A stretch of 64,000 bases of DNA from the human T2T-CHM13v2.0 reference genome, Homo sapiens, in assembly GCF_009914755.1 (NCBI RefSeq), contig NC_060925.1, one strand, 5' to 3'. Made by a program: the position numbers and the translations under genes. Below, in pieces: positions 18,780 to 32,824 of the stretch; position 1 is the first letter of the stretch; each line of letters opens with the position of its first letter. Under the pieces are notes generated by a model. It did no database searches. It was given only the letters and a program-made list of their open reading frames with translations, and was not told the origin of the DNA.

Positions 18780-19535
18780 GTTTTTCTATGGATGAATGGA
18801 TAAATAAAATGTGGTATATCTATACAATGGAATATTATTCAGCCTTGAAAAGGAAGGAAATTCTAATACATGCTACACCATGGATGAACCCTGAGGACAT
18901 CATGCTAAGTAAAATTAGCCAATCATGAAGAGACAGACACTATATGGTCCCACTCCTATGAGGCTCCTAAAGAATCAAATCCATAGAGACAGAAAGTAGA
19001 ATAGTGGTCACCAGGGGCTGTGGAGAGGGGGAAGAGGGAGTTAGTGTTAACAGGAACATTGGGAGGGCTGGGGTGGGTGGATCACCTGAGGTCAGGAGTT
19101 CGAGACCAGCCTGACCAACATGGTGAAACCCTGTCTCTACTAAAAATGCAAAAATTAGCTGGGCATGGTGGTGCATGCCTGTAATCCCAGCTACTCGAAG
19201 CTGAGGCAGGAGAATCACCTGAACCCGGGAGGCAGAGGTTTTAGTGACCCGAGATCGCGCCATTGCACTCCAGGATGGGCAACAAGAGAGAAACTCTGTC
19301 ATGAAAAAAAACCAAAACCAAAACAAAACAACAAAACAAGAAAAACAAAACAAAAAAATAGGAACAGAGTTTCAGTTTGGGAAGATAAAAAGAATTCTGT
19401 GGATGGATGATGCTGGTGCTTGCAAAACCATAAGAATGTATAATACTAAAGCCACTGAACTATACACTTTAAAATGTTTAAGAAGGCTAATTCTGTGTTA
19501 TGTGCATTTTGCTGCAACTTAAAAAACTTAAAAAT
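18780..19535 (+). mobile_element. L1MB 3' end, interrupted by an AluS
   Basis: GATGAATGGATAAATAAAATGTGGTATATCTATACAATGGAATATTATTCAGCC...GCCACTGAACTATACACTTTAAAATG. Confidence 0.85.
19059..19358 (+). mobile_element. 5'-truncated AluS
   Basis: GGATCACCTGAGGTCAGGAGTTCGAGACCAGCCTGACCAAC with an A/C-rich tail. TSD-like AACAGGAACA/AATAGGAACA. Confidence 0.92.
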
Positions 19536-19699
19536 ACATTAAAAGAATTCTCAATTCTGACAGCAATGATGATTGGTGGCACTGTTAAGGTGAAATTTTC
19601 TCCAAATGCAACTGCATTCTATTTAGTCAATTTATAATTAACATATTAAAGATCTCATGTCTAGAAATTGACCAATTTACTAAGATTGTTAAGTGTGAG

Positions 19700-20230
19700 G
19701 ATGTTGGGTGCACCACACTGTCATAGTAAAAACCTGGAGCAAGCTGAATTCCCATTCATATGGAGCAATTAAATAAATTATGATGATTCCATAAAAGAAG
19801 TGCCGTGCAACAATTATAAAGGCAATTGTGCCAATGTAAAAAGAAGTGCAAAATAAAACATGCAAAACAGGAAATGATGATCAGTATACATAGCATCATC
19901 CCAGTGAAAACAGAAAAATCTAAATAAAAATAGTAAATACAAAAATATATGTGTATGCTTGCATTTACTTGGAAAATGCTGGCAGCATATCTAACAAAAT
20001 GGTAATGATAGTTACCTAATCTATCTTAAATATGGTATAATAAATTCATATATAAATAGTGAAGTAAGACAAACCAAAATAGTGATTAATTCTGCCAAAT
20101 GAAGAAGGGGTTGTGAGTTGGGGTCTTTTACTTTTCATTTTCCATACTTTCGTATTATTTGAGATTTTTTATTTTTACTAAATGTGAAAAGCAAATAAAA
20201 ATAATTAGAACATTTAAAAACCAAAAAATT
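19700..20230 (+). mobile_element. L1ME-type 3' fragment
   Basis: TAAAAACCTGGAGCAAGCTGAATTCCCATTC...AAATAAATTATGATG, A-rich decayed L1 3'UTR. Confidence 0.5.
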
Positions 20231-21295
20231 TTATGCATACTTCACTATTTTGTAAAATAATATAGAGTAAAAATAAAAAACAGAAAAAAGTAATGCAAGC
20301 CAATGTGGAAATAAGTATAATCCAGAAAACAACCATGAAGAAAGGATCCCATCCAGACTACAGGGAACAGACTGAGAGACCTCAGTGGCTTCCAGTTGCT
20401 AATGTGTGTGATTCCCACACTGGGTAACACAGGAGTGTTTGACCAACTATCAACTGAATACTGGTTCTTGTTTCTCATTGTCATGGAATTTGCCGAATCT
20501 CACTTTTGGCTTCACAGAGGACTTTGTGAGCTCCAAGCATGAAAAGTGGCATTTATAACTCCCCCTGGAATTTCCATGTACCCAGGACACTGCCAGGCCA
20601 AAGGATGAATCACAGCTTCTTAGAATTGTGGAAGCCATTTTGGAAACAGCTGCCAAGTAACTAATGCTATTAAAAATAGCTCCCTAAAAAATGAATTGCT
20701 TATTTTAAGAAGACAAGAGTGGCTTGAATCTGTGCTGCTCGCATTTTTCATCTACTGGGCACAGTGCCCGTGGATCCAAGAAAGCCCTGCTTGTCAGATG
20801 GGAATACCATCTGTACAGATGATGCCCCGCACATGCAAGAGCCTGGCATTTTTGGGCCAGGGCTAACCAGGGTAAAGTCTGAATCACCCCATGTGGAATC
20901 CGTCTCCTACGGGGTGTGGACTGTGGGGCATGAATTCCAATTGCGCTTTCCTTACATAACTTTGCTCTTCAGATCCCTGGTTCCGAATGTGGGGTGTATG
21001 CAGTATGGCCCACTGGAAGTACATGAAAATGCTAGAAGGTGAATCTACATGTATTTTTTGATCTAATGAAAACAAGCAGGAAAATAAGTTGTACTGACAG
21101 GTAATGTGCAGACTGATACTGCTGTCTTGACTCAGACTGTATTGGGCAATTGTCTTTCCCTGTGAATTCTGTGAAGAAATGAACCCATCCAGACCCATCC
21201 CATGGCAATAGGATTGATGGTGCCAACCTCCCATGTTTGTTTTATGCCCCCTGTGTTGTGACGTGGGGCAGTTAACCTATTTCTGGCTTAAACAG

Positions 21296-21786
21296 TGTCA
21301 AAAATAAACAAAGCCAGGCACTAGTTAAAGTGGTAAGAAGAGACTTCAATCAGCACTTTGATTTGTGCAGCAGTGACTAGGCATTTTAAAGGAAGAATAA
21401 GGGAATGAGGAGAGGTGTGAGTGGGGACTCAGGAGAGTCAGGGAAGTGAAAAATCATCAAAGGCGGGAGGGAGGAAGCTTGGTCCATGTGGAAACTATCT
21501 GGATTTTCTAAGTGCTCCTTCTCAAAGCGCTGCCCTTCTGGAGGCTGGGAGACAGGGTACTTATCTTCAGGTTTTGGCTGAAACAAACAGTAAATTCCTT
21601 GGGCAGCCCTGCATTTCTCAGGCAGGCACTTTAAGGAGATTAGGGGCATGCTAAGGATGTGGCCTTGAGCTGCTAGAAACTGTGTTTGTGTTTGTTCAAG
21701 CCTTTATAGGCCAAGGATGAGGCCTAGTGGAGAAGGGGGCTCAGTGGAGCCTGACTAGAATTTGGTCAAGAAGAGAGTCTTTGTCA
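21296..21786 (-). mobile_element. MER67/MER31-family solo LTR
   Basis: Reverse complement begins TGACAAAGACTCTCTTCTTGACCAAATTCTAGTCAGGCTCC and ends TGACA. Confidence 0.75.
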
Positions 21787-22659
21787 GTAGCCCTGCAGAT
21801 ATCATCTGTCTAAGAATATAGGATGATTGTCACATTTTGTAATGAGGTGAAGGAATGATCATACAAATAATTTGTGCCTCTTAGAGGCTCCTAAGTTATC
21901 TCAGGGCAAATAAAGTACAGTTATAAAGTTTAAGGATGAATTAGAAATTTTTCATTTACAAAAAGACAAGTGTGCCAAATTTGGAAAATATTTAATAAGG
22001 ACATTCTTGTCACTAGAACACGGATGTTTTTGAAAACGAAGGAAAAGATATACACAGGAACACACACATTCATGTACAATGTGGAGGTGACAAGTTAACA
22101 GTAACAACGAAAGTACTTTTCAGAAGCAACTCATGTGACGTAGAGAGCAGTTTGCAAATATTTCCATTGGTTATGTGATATATTTTTCCAAAAATTTTGT
22201 ATTTCTCCTCCCAAAACAAATAAATCTATGATAATACCGGACCTGGTTAAATGCATCTGCCTTGAGTCATTCGGCACCCCTTTGGGCCCACCCCTCATTC
22301 CTAAACTCCCCCAGCTGTTCTTCCTATCCTAGAATTCAGGGGCCAGACTTCAGACCACCCAGCACAATAGGAGCCCCAGCAGAGCCCAGGTCCAGCCCAG
22401 TGGCACTCACAAAAGCCATGGCTTCCACAGTCTCTGCCTGCAGGCAGGGAATATAACCCAGAAGGCAGGAAAGCTACAGTGGTTCATCTTTGCAGGATAT
22501 TATAAAAATAATATCAAAATCATCAAAAAAGTGAGAAATTTTTCCAATTTATTACACTGTATTTTAATTATAGATGAGAGGAGAGGATGGTCTGCCAACT
22601 TATTTTCTGTGTATAGGAACTACACAGAAAATAAGTAATGTCTCATTCTGTTAAATTTT

Positions 22660-22778
22660 CTGCTTTTGAGCAAATGTGTATAATGTAATATATTAATTTG
22701 TAACAATACATAAGGAACACATGCTCAAAAGTTTTTAACTAATAGGGCTTCACATTCAGAAAAGTTGGGAGTCGACTG
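22660..22778 (-). mobile_element. hAT-Charlie (Charlie4-like) terminal fragment
   Basis: ...ATGCTCAAAAGTTTTTAACTAATAGGG...AAAAGTTGGGAGTCGACTG resembles the reverse complement of a Charlie4 end. Confidence 0.45.
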
Positions 22779-23180
22779 CTTCAGACTCATGTGCCCTGAA
22801 GTACACGCAGCCCCTGGGTGGAGGCAGGATAAGGAAGTACAGCTGACAGGCTGAACACCTGTAGGCCAGAGAGCAGCTTTTTGGGGCCTGGAAGGCGTGG
22901 ATGGGACAACCTGGCCTTGATGTCAAGTCTTTAGAGCATCCAGTCCATAATATTAAATATTACCCAGAATGTGATCTGACGGGGATCCTTCCGTTAGATG
23001 TGATGCCATATTAGGACGTAGCACACTCAGGGCCTTGATAACTATCGTTTTAGGGTCATAATACCCTCCCAAGTATTCACCAACAATTTGCTCTGCCATT
23101 CTGTTGATTCCGTGTTCTTTTCATTCTCTTTAGGGCCAGAAGAAGCCTCTAGGTCTCACACATAGAAAATAAGTTGGGAA

Positions 23181-23481
23181 GGCTGGGCGCGGTGCCTCAC
23201 GCCTGTAATCCCAGCACTTTGGGAGGCTGAGGCAGGCAGATCACCTGAGGTCAGGAGTTCAAGACCAGCCTGACCAACATGGTGAAACCCTGTCTCTACT
23301 AAAAATACAAAAATTAGCTGGGCGTGGTGGGCGCACCTGTAATCCCATCTACTCAGGAAGCTGAGGCAGGAGAATCACTTGAACCCTGGAGGCGGAGGTT
23401 GCAGTAAGCTGAAATCACGCCACTGCACTCCAGCCTGGGCAACAGAGCGAGACTCCGACTCAAAAAAAAAGAAAAAAAAAA
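23181..23481 (+). mobile_element. Full-length AluS (Sx/Sq-like)
   Basis: GGCTGGGCGCGGTG...A tail. TSD AGAAAA(T/G)AAGTTGG. Confidence 0.95.
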
Positions 23482-24699
23482 AGAAAAGAAGTTGGCAGAA
23501 CACCCTCTCCTCCCAATTGTAATTAAAATATAGTGTAATAAATTGATCAAAATTCTGACTTTTTGATGACTTTAATGTTTTTTTAATATCCTGCATCAAA
23601 TTTTATCCCAAGAATATTGACTCAGTGGGTGTGTGTGCATACCTGCGCATGTGTGTTCACCCCTGATTTGCTGTAAACATTGCTGGCTCTGCCTCTGGTT
23701 AATCTAGCACAGATTCTCCTTGCCATGTTGTAGCTTTGGTTCAAGAAAGATGATGGGGTGGGGAGCAGTCATGAGATCCTGGCACCACCGCTTCCTGCTT
23801 CTCCTCTTCTGCCCACTGGTTTTACTCAACATTTCCTGGTAATTCATTAGGTGATGCTGTCCTTATTGCTGCCAAGGTTTTTCTCACCCATGTGTACTCT
23901 ACTCTATTTATTGCATGGATACTCATTTAGTTGGGTTCAGTGATGACAATGCCTTGACACTGGGAAGATTAATGACTCAATAACCGTCAAGACAAGATAA
24001 ATGTGAGGTTAGGTTGATTGTATGAATTGTTTCTTTGGAGGCTGGTGGAGTGTCTTGTTATGCTTCCCCCAGAACCTGAACCTTGGGTGACTGCATCAGG
24101 GTGGTCCAGTGTCCCACTATGTTTGCAGTCATTGGCACATTACCATGGTTTCTTCTTTCCCTCTCATATTTTCTCTAAGATGCAAACTAAAAAGTAATTC
24201 TTCTAGATTGCTGGAACCAGTGCTTAATGAATGAGTTATTAATAAAAAGGAGTTACAAAAGGATGTATATGCTCATCTAATGAGTAGACACTCTGCTTAC
24301 ACAGCCATTCAAAGACTTTAACCACATATTTCTCTGACTATATGAACTAGATACATTTCTTCTCCACAGTGGGATGTACTGCATGATATTTTTAACTGAC
24401 GGGAACTTAGGTAGAAAACACATTTCAATTTTGAATGCAAACATGTAAAATACAATAAGGAAAAGGTGACCCAAAGAGAAATTGAAATATGCATCTGTGG
24501 CTAAGTACTCTAGGGAGACATTCAGAATTCTGAATACGAACTTCACTCTTGGGGGGATTCCACTTAGGCAGAAGCTGGGAATGGTGGGGGGAGAGCACTG
24601 CATTTGGAGGGAGAAGACGTATCTCCTTGCTCTGATTTTACCCTTTGCTACTTTGATCAGTTCACTAAAGTGGTGAGCCCCACTTCTCCAGCAGTGGTG

Positions 24700-24910
24700 A
24701 TGGAAGGTTCTATTTACCATGTGCCCAGAACTGTCCTGCTAACCAGACAAGTAACCTGTCAAAGCATCTTGTTTTTACTGATGAATAAACAGAGGCACAG
24801 AGAAATTGAACAATCTGCCTCAAATCACACAGCTGACCGTTGGAGGAGGCAGGATTTTGAATCTAAGCATTTGAGCCCCAGAATCTATTTGTAGTCAGTG
24901 TCCTATACAT
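24700..24910 (-). mobile_element. MIR
   Basis: TTTACTGATGAATAAACAGAGGCACAGAGAAATTGAACAATCTGCCTCAAATCACACAGCT. Confidence 0.75.
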
Positions 24911-25249
24911 TTTTTAAAGCAAGCGTTTTCAAATATTTTCTCCTCCTTTTATGTCTTCTCTATTTAAAAATGTCCCCACCTCCCTTCCAAATCTCTCCAA
25001 TTGAAGAAGTGAAAGGAAGGGCTAAAGGTCTTTAGTGGCCAATGGGGCAACTGAGAATGAAGCGATAAAGTCAGGGAAATGAATAAAACTCATTCACATG
25101 AAGAATTCCCTCAAGACTCTATACCTCACCTCTTGACCTCTCTACTTGATCTTTTTTAGGTAATTTTTGGAATAGTTTGGTTGAGAACATAGCAGTTGAA
25201 TGTTTTCAAGTAGGAGAAAACATTAAAACACCATACTTTTGAATAAACT

Positions 25250-25463
25250 TAAGGAAAGAGAGAAAGATGGAAAGAGAAAAAAGGAAGAAAAGAAGGGAAG
25301 AAGGGCGAGAGGAAAGAAGGAAGGAAGGGAGGGAAGAAAGGAAGGAAGAAAGAAAAGAGGGAAGAAGGAAAAGAATGAAGGGATGAAGAAAGAAGAAAGT
25401 AAAGAAGGAGGAAGTGAAGGAAGAAGGGAAGAAAGGAAGGAGGGAAAGAAGGAAGAAAGAAGG
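25250..25463 (+). repeat. Purine-rich (GAAG/GAAA/GGAA)n low-complexity tract
   Basis: About 210 bp made almost entirely of A and G. Confidence 0.9.
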
Positions 25464-26189
25464 GCCCTTTGACATTTGTTCGAGTTTAGGAAAGCTGATA
25501 AAAGGTAAATTGAAAGGGTCTGTCTAGTTTACATTTGTAGGTACTCAGTAGTACTTGTCAAGCAAATGACTCCCTCCAAAAGCCAACTTTTGCATATTAG
25601 CTATAAAGTTTTGCAGTTTTTGCCACACATCAACTGCCTAACTTTGAATTTTTCTTACAAAATCTCAAATTCAACATGAAAATGTTTCCGAACTTGGAAT
25701 TGTATTCCCTCTCTTTCTCCTTGGCTAAATGTGACTGCCTTCTTTTGTGTAGGACCTTGCAACACCTCCTTGCTTTCTCAGGAAGCTAAACTGCAAAGAA
25801 GAAAAACCTCACTCTTAAGGACAGTTTTTTTTGACCTGGGGAATGAGGTGGAAAAGTCAAGCTAAGAAAAGCTGAGGCACTTTCCGATCTCTGTCTTATC
25901 ATGTGTCTCAGAAAATAAACACGAGGACATGCTCATGGGAAGCTGATAATATTAAACATGTTAAGTCCTTATAGGCATGACGAAGTCATGGACATTTCAG
26001 TGAGTGGACACAAGGCTATTCTCATAAAGAAGCCATGTGAACAATGAGCTTTGTTTGAACTCTCAGGGACAGGGGGCTTATTGAATTTCTGGTTAGAGTG
26101 AGAGTGACCTCTGTGTAGGAACTCCCAGTTACCTTCTCCCTGTGGCTACTTCCTGCTGTCCCATGATGGGCTCTGCTCTGGTCTCCTCC

Positions 26190-27090
26190 CCTCATTTGTC
26201 TTGAGCTCATCTCTCCATGGACCTTCAAGGATTTTAACCCAAATTTCTAAAGTTTCTCTAGTCTAGATCAACTTCCTACATTCACTCTTGGACACCTTCA
26301 GTTCATTTACCATGCTGCCACTGGAGATCCTGCTGAAAGGCAATTTTGAACATGTTTCTCCCTTTATCAAAATCACTGTTAGGGTGGTAAAACAACTCTT
26401 TATGATACTACAATGATAGATATATGTCCTCTGCATAGAATGTACAAAACGCATAGAACATACGACACCAAGAGTGAGCCCTAATGGAAACTATGGGTAT
26501 TGGGTGACGATGATGTGTCAATGCTGGTTCATTGACTGTGTAACAAATGTTCCACTCTGGTGCAGGATGTCAATGGTCAAGAAGGCTAATGGAGGACATT
26601 AGGGGGTATATGAAAACTCTCTGTACTTTCTGCTGTCATTTGTTGTGAACCTAGAACTGCTTTAAAAAAATGAAAGCTACTAAAAAGCTACTAACACTCA
26701 ATGACTTCCCATTGCATTAGACATAAATGCATTACTGTTGTTAGCACCACAGTGGGCAAGATACTGAGCCCCTAGACATGCTGCTTCCTTTGCTTGGTAT
26801 GTTCTCTTCTCTCCTCCCGCTGCCATCTGTAATTCTTACTCAGCTCAGCATACACCAACACAAGAAAGCTTTCTTTGACTCCCCAGACTGAGCCAGGATA
26901 GGTCCCTTTGATAAAGGCTTCAGAGCCAATTAAACTATACATTGTGTAATGAATTGTTGAATGTCTGTCTTCCATCAGAAGGGAGAGTCCATCAGAGCAG
27001 GACAATATCTGACCTATTTATGGCTGTGTCCCCAGCATTTAATGCAGAGGCACTCAATACATATTTGAGGAATACCTGAATGAAGCAATT
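26190..27090 (+). mobile_element. L2 fragments interrupted by an L1M 3' end (~26380-26690)
   Basis: L2 3' end GTGTCCCCAGCATTTAATGCAGAGGCACTCAATACATATTTG. L1M 3'UTR ACACCAAGAGTGAGCCCTAATGGAAACTATGG. Confidence 0.65.
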
Positions 27091-28439
27091 TAATATTTAC
27101 AAAAAGTGGCCACATTCATTTTCTGTTTAATCTGCTCGTATTTGGAAGATAGGCATATTTACTTCATTTTATAAATAAAAAACCCCTGAGACTTAGAAAA
27201 GTTAGATGACTCTGTAACAGGTGGTCGAGCTAGGATTAGGATTTGTATATTTTAAATTTAAGTCGAACATTCTTTCCACTACCCTGGACAGTGCCAATCT
27301 CCAACATTTAAAATGTATCAGTCACTTAAATGTATTATGCACATTTCTTCTAACTGAAGCATTTGTGGGTGGTCAGAGATTTTACTTATATTTATTAGCT
27401 AACACATCATGATTTTAGCAAGGTCTCCACCTCCTCCATGCAAGCTTCAACCACTTCATTCTTAGCTATATGCCTAGAAACACACAGAATTGCATGCAGA
27501 GTGTATATGTGCATGAGTGAATACACATGGTATATTGGCTATATGGTTTATAATATACAAACGTATTCTAAACATCCTGTGTATATCCTATAGATTAACA
27601 TTTGCCCTGCAGACCTCGTTAAGTATACTCAGCATAGCAGAGGGCTTCTTTTTTATAAGATAAAAAATGATATTCTGAGTATGTTTAGACATACTGGAGA
27701 AGGAGGGAATGTCTGGAACCCTAGTCCCACCCACGAGGGTTCAAGAAGAGGCCAGAGCAATAGGAGCTTTGCCATGGGCCCCTTTATGGAGATTGCAACA
27801 ATGAAAGACTATCGAAAGTGAAGATAATGAACTCTTAGATTTAAAAATAAGCTAGTACTGGAGATGAGTTAGTTATTTATTCCAAAGAGGACACGCAAAC
27901 CAAAGAAGATATTCCTCCATGCCGTGCAAAAAAAGACAATGCATAGGCAAATATTCTAAAACAAATAAACTTTGAGGATAAACAAATATTAAATCATTTA
28001 AAAATCTGTTAGGGAACCTTTTATGAGTCAAGTTCCGTGCTCAATGTCATGAGTAAAGTATGAGTCATTAAAGTCATTTCCACTCAAGAATTTAATATAC
28101 ATATTGCTGTTTCACTAATTTTGCGTGTTATTACAAGTGCCTGAATTCAGAAAACATTTTCTCATGCTGAGAAGAGCGCTTATTGTTCATAATGTAAATT
28201 TAACCAGTGCCTGAAATCCAAATATTCCTTAGTTCAGATATTACCAAGTATTCAGACCATAGCATCCAAGTTGCAAAAAAGAAAAACAAACAACTGATAG
28301 CTCATCAAAATAGCTGCATTAATTGTGCATTTCAATATAACCTTGAAATATATAATGTCACAAGTGGTTTTTTTGGTAGCTGAAGATGGTAGCAAAAATG
28401 TTTTTAGCACACATCTTTTAAATATATATTTTAAATTAA

Positions 28440-28806
<367 letters not shown>

Positions 28807-29099
28807 TAGGGTACACTCGGGATGTATAAGAACCTTCCCCTACCTGGTCTTCTAGAAGGGCCAGCCTCCAGAGGCTGCTGTGGTCATTGCCCTTTTGCTG
28901 CTAATAAGTGTAGCCTCAGGTAAGAGAAGGGTTAGTCATAACCCGCCTTAGTTCAGAAAGACCGGGCGCTCTCCTGGTCTTTCTGAGAGCAGCTACCCTA
29001 ACAGGCAGCCAGCAATATTTCATGGCTAGGCATTTGGTTCCTTTCACATAACTGTTTCTGGGTATGCTTTTAGAAAATGTTTCTAATATTTTACCTCTT

Positions 29100-30255
29100 C
29101 ATTTAAAATGATTTTTGATTTAGAAAATGGTTGTCAAAATACTAAATGAATTTTTGGTATAGCCTTCACCCAGGTTTCCCAAATGACAGGAAAACTTTCA
29201 AAAATCAGGAAGTTAAGACTGACTCAATCCTATTATCTAATCTGCAGACCTTCCTCAGATTTCACCCATTGTCCTATGAAGCCCTTTTCCTAATCTGGGA
29301 TCTGATTCACAATCACACGTGGCATTTAGTTGTCATGTTTCCCTGGTCCCCGTTAATCTGGAATAGTCTCTCCATCTTCCTTTGTCTGTCATGATCGTGA
29401 CATTTTTCAAGAATACTGGCTAGTTCTTGTGGATACTATTTCTCAGTTTGGGTTTGCCTGATGCTTCCTTGTGATTAGATTCAGACGATGTATGAACTTC
29501 TGCTAGACACATCCCAGAGTCCTGCTATGTACTTGTCAGTGCATCACACAAGGAGCACACAGCCCATTTGCCCATCCCATTTCTGGTGATGGGGACTTTG
29601 ATCACTTGGTTAAGTTGTGTGTCTGCCAGCTTCCTTCACTGTAAATAGATTATTTTTCTCTTTGTAATTAATAAGTGTCTTGTGAGGAGATACATTGAGA
29701 CTATGTGACTATTCTGTTTCTCATTATGCTTAATACTTTTGTCCGCTAATTTTAGACTCTACTGAAATAATGATCTGTATGGTGTTTGCCAAATGGTAAT
29801 TTTCTATTTCCATCATATCTTTTACATTTTGTAGTTAAAAAATCTACCAAAAAGCTTTCTTTTTCCCCCATTTATTTATTTATACAATTATATATTTATA
29901 TCAGTATGGAATCACAGATGTACTCCTGGTTTCATTGACTGAGAGGGCCTGGAAGCAATCACACCCCAATATCAATAAGCACATCATCTATTACCTAAAA
30001 TTTCTATTGCGTTCTGATTCCAGGTCTGGGGCAAGGAAAGTACCAGACAAACCTGAACATTTTGAGGTGCCAGAAAGTAAGGAAGATCTCAAAAAAATGA
30101 TGGGAACATATCAAAGGTATGTAGACCCAATTTGAAAGGACTCCTCATGGCCAAATCTGTGAAAATTTGAGAAAAATAAATAATAATAATAAATTATTAA
30201 TATAACCCACAATAATATGAGAATCCATGAGTCTAAACTGATGTAGATAAATAAT
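29100..30255 (-). mobile_element. L1MC/L1MD 3' region with an inverted segment (minus 29100-29920, plus 29925-30255)
   Basis: Antisense 3'UTR (CACGTGGCATTTAGTTGTCATG, ATTTATATCAGTATGGA) abuts a sense piece (GAGAGGGCCTGGAAGCAAT...GAATCCATGAGTCTAAACTGAT). Confidence 0.7.
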
Positions 30256-31229
30256 TGGGTATGCTTTTAAATAACATATTTATTCATATTCTCAGGAGCC
30301 ATGACATTTTAATAATAAAATATTTATATTCCAGGGAAAAACACCTTCTTGACGGCTGGTTATGATGTTTCTAATATAAGATGACGGATGGAGCTCATCC
30401 ACCTTCCCACCATCTTAAGGTTCACCTTAATAAATGACACAATGTTGGGTTTCAAAAGTGAAACATCATAATGCTAGAATACATTTTAAAAGTCCCAACT
30501 GTGGACCAAAAACTTTGAGAAATCATTGAACATATTAGAACAGATGGGATATAGGCTTAAATGTGATACAAGGAGCTGAGATGGAAAATTATACTCTTCA
30601 TCTTCTGAAGTTTTGGTTGAAACAAACCTCACATTTACATATATATACTTACTTACAGTGGTATGAGTCGATCCATATATGTTAAGTATAAGTACTCTAA
30701 ATATTTAGACAAATCTTTATAATAGTCCCCATAGGATAACTTAATCTCATGTAATCCCTATAAGAAACATATCTAAATTTAATCATATTTAATATTCCTA
30801 AATGTGGTTGAATCATATTTTCAATAAGTTAATTACAAGCTGGCACACACATGGAGAGTGAATATCTTAGATTCTTTTACTTAAACCATGTCTTAAACTA
30901 AGAATTTAAAACCTTGAGCTTGTCATTTTCATTCATTAAGCCTTCCAGCATAGTCAAAGATAGCCGGTTCATCCAACAGTTCTAAAATTCCTCATCTTCA
31001 TAAGCTCTTAATTTCATATAAACACAGCTAGTAATTTACATATGGTGTAGTGAAAAGAATACAGAAATTGAATCCATAAATTTGTGTTTGAACCAAATGT
31101 CCGTCACTTACAGTTTTGGCTACACAGATAAATCATTTAAAATTCTCTGAGGATCTTTTTTACCTGCGTCTACACTTACTTTTCTTCCCCCTCATCCTCT
31201 ACTCCTGGTCTGCTAGATCCTTGGATATT

Positions 31230-31405
31230 ACATAGCACAGAGGATGATAATAGGGCTTTGGAATTAAATAACCTAAATTTAAGTCCTGCCTTTCAGCTGA
31301 CTAGCTTGGGGGCCTTGGACTATTCCGTGCGTCCATTTCTCCATCAGTAAAATGACAGCAGTGACAATACAGCCTTCTTCATATGGTTACTGTGAGGGTC
31401 AGTCT
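31230..31405 (+). mobile_element. MIR
   Basis: GGCTTTGGAATTAAATAACCTAAATTTAAGTCC...TTTCTCCATCAGTAAAATG. Confidence 0.7.
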
Positions 31406-31776
31406 AAATGGAATCAGGCTCTTAGTTGTAGAAAGATATCTATTCTAACTAGTTTTAGCAGAAAGCAATGTTTATTAAAAGATACCAAGAGTGTCTAAAT
31501 TCATGGGAATAAGAAGCGAACATTGCAAATGGATCATTAGTTGTAATAGTGCAAGAAGACACTTCCACTTTCACCCCTTTGTTCTTGAACAATGTATAGT
31601 GGTTGTAAAAGAAACAGCAGTAAAGAGCATACAGTACATCCTGGAGGACAGCACTCCACATTTGCAAGGTGTTTCCTTGTGAAAGAAGTCTTACTGAGTT
31701 TTCAATACAATCATTTTATGTTTTCTCCAAGGCTTTCTGAGCAAAGGGATGCATGCTGGGAGCAGAGAATCCCATC

Positions 31777-32335
31777 TGTATTAATCATGTCTTTTATCCT
31801 CTGTATTCTGATTTATTGGCATCTGAGGCCTTGCTGGCTGTGGAGGGACTGCCCCTCCCAGGATTAACCAATTCCTAGATAGTCAAGGACCATCCTGACT
31901 AGCCCCAGAGATAGAGGGGAGCATGCCTTTCATGTGCAGATTAACCAGTCCAAAGTGTACACCCCCATGCCTCCTTTAGCTGGCTCTCACACTCTGGTCT
32001 ACTATGCACCTTCCCTAATTACCCCAAAGCCAAGTACCAGACAACTAGGGATAGCCCCTATGCCTTAGAGCCCACTGAAATTATTCACACTAGCCAAGCC
32101 TAAGCCTGCTTGCCCTGCCTTCGCTATCCCTCTGTGTAGAAATAAGGGCTCTTGCACATTTTCCCCTCTGCCTCCTGGCTGAATCTGGTGCTTCCTGGTG
32201 TGCCCCCCACCCCAATGCCATGGCATGGCTCCCACGCCTTAGGAATTGTAACAAGCTATGCTTTCAATGGCTAACATCTCTTGAGCTGTTGGCCTCACCA
32301 CACCTGAATAATAATAAATCCTATATTTTAAAACA
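31777..32335 (+). mobile_element. MER74-family solo LTR
   Basis: TGTATTAATCATGTCTTTTATCCTCTGTATTC...GGAGGGACTGCCCCTCCCAGG...TATTTTAAAACA. Confidence 0.85.
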
Positions 32336-32824
32336 CACTTCATATCAGCCCATTGCCTTAATTTGCTCACTGTAAAACCACTTTCTTGAATAAAAGCAAT
32401 GTTGGTTAAGATGGTATCATGGTGAATAATAACTGCAGGGACTGCGTTCCTTGCAGAAGCATGGCAGAAAGATAACACGAACTTAAATCTAGAAAATGTG
32501 GCTTTTCCATGAGAAATAAAAATAACAACCTGCCTCCAGGTTCGCTGATAGTCCTTATGTGCTATGGTGGTGCATTTGGGGCTCAATTTTATTTCTGCTG
32601 GGTAGTACCTAGAGAAGAGTTGGAGAAATTCAGTTCGGTATTAGAGCCCATGTATAACCTCTGTCTCTGCCTCTATGGCTGCTTTATTCATAAACCAACT
32701 GGGAAAGCACTAGAATCTCTGGGAAAAGAGACTCACTTACATTCATCTAGTCTACTGGATTATTGAGGGCTCCTCTGTGGGGGAAGAATTTTGTAGCTCA
32801 TCACCCTGCAGAATCAGGTTCAGC

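Noticed and set aside
22969-23004. Small hairpin ATCTGACGG-N8-CCGTTAGAT flanked by ATGTGAT repeats
   Set aside because: A 9-bp stem with one wobble is within chance for 64 kb and too short for a pre-miRNA or other RNA gene.
25206-25475. K/E/R-rich and F/S/L-rich ORFs (also 57060-57343)
   Set aside because: Translations of purine-rich simple repeats.
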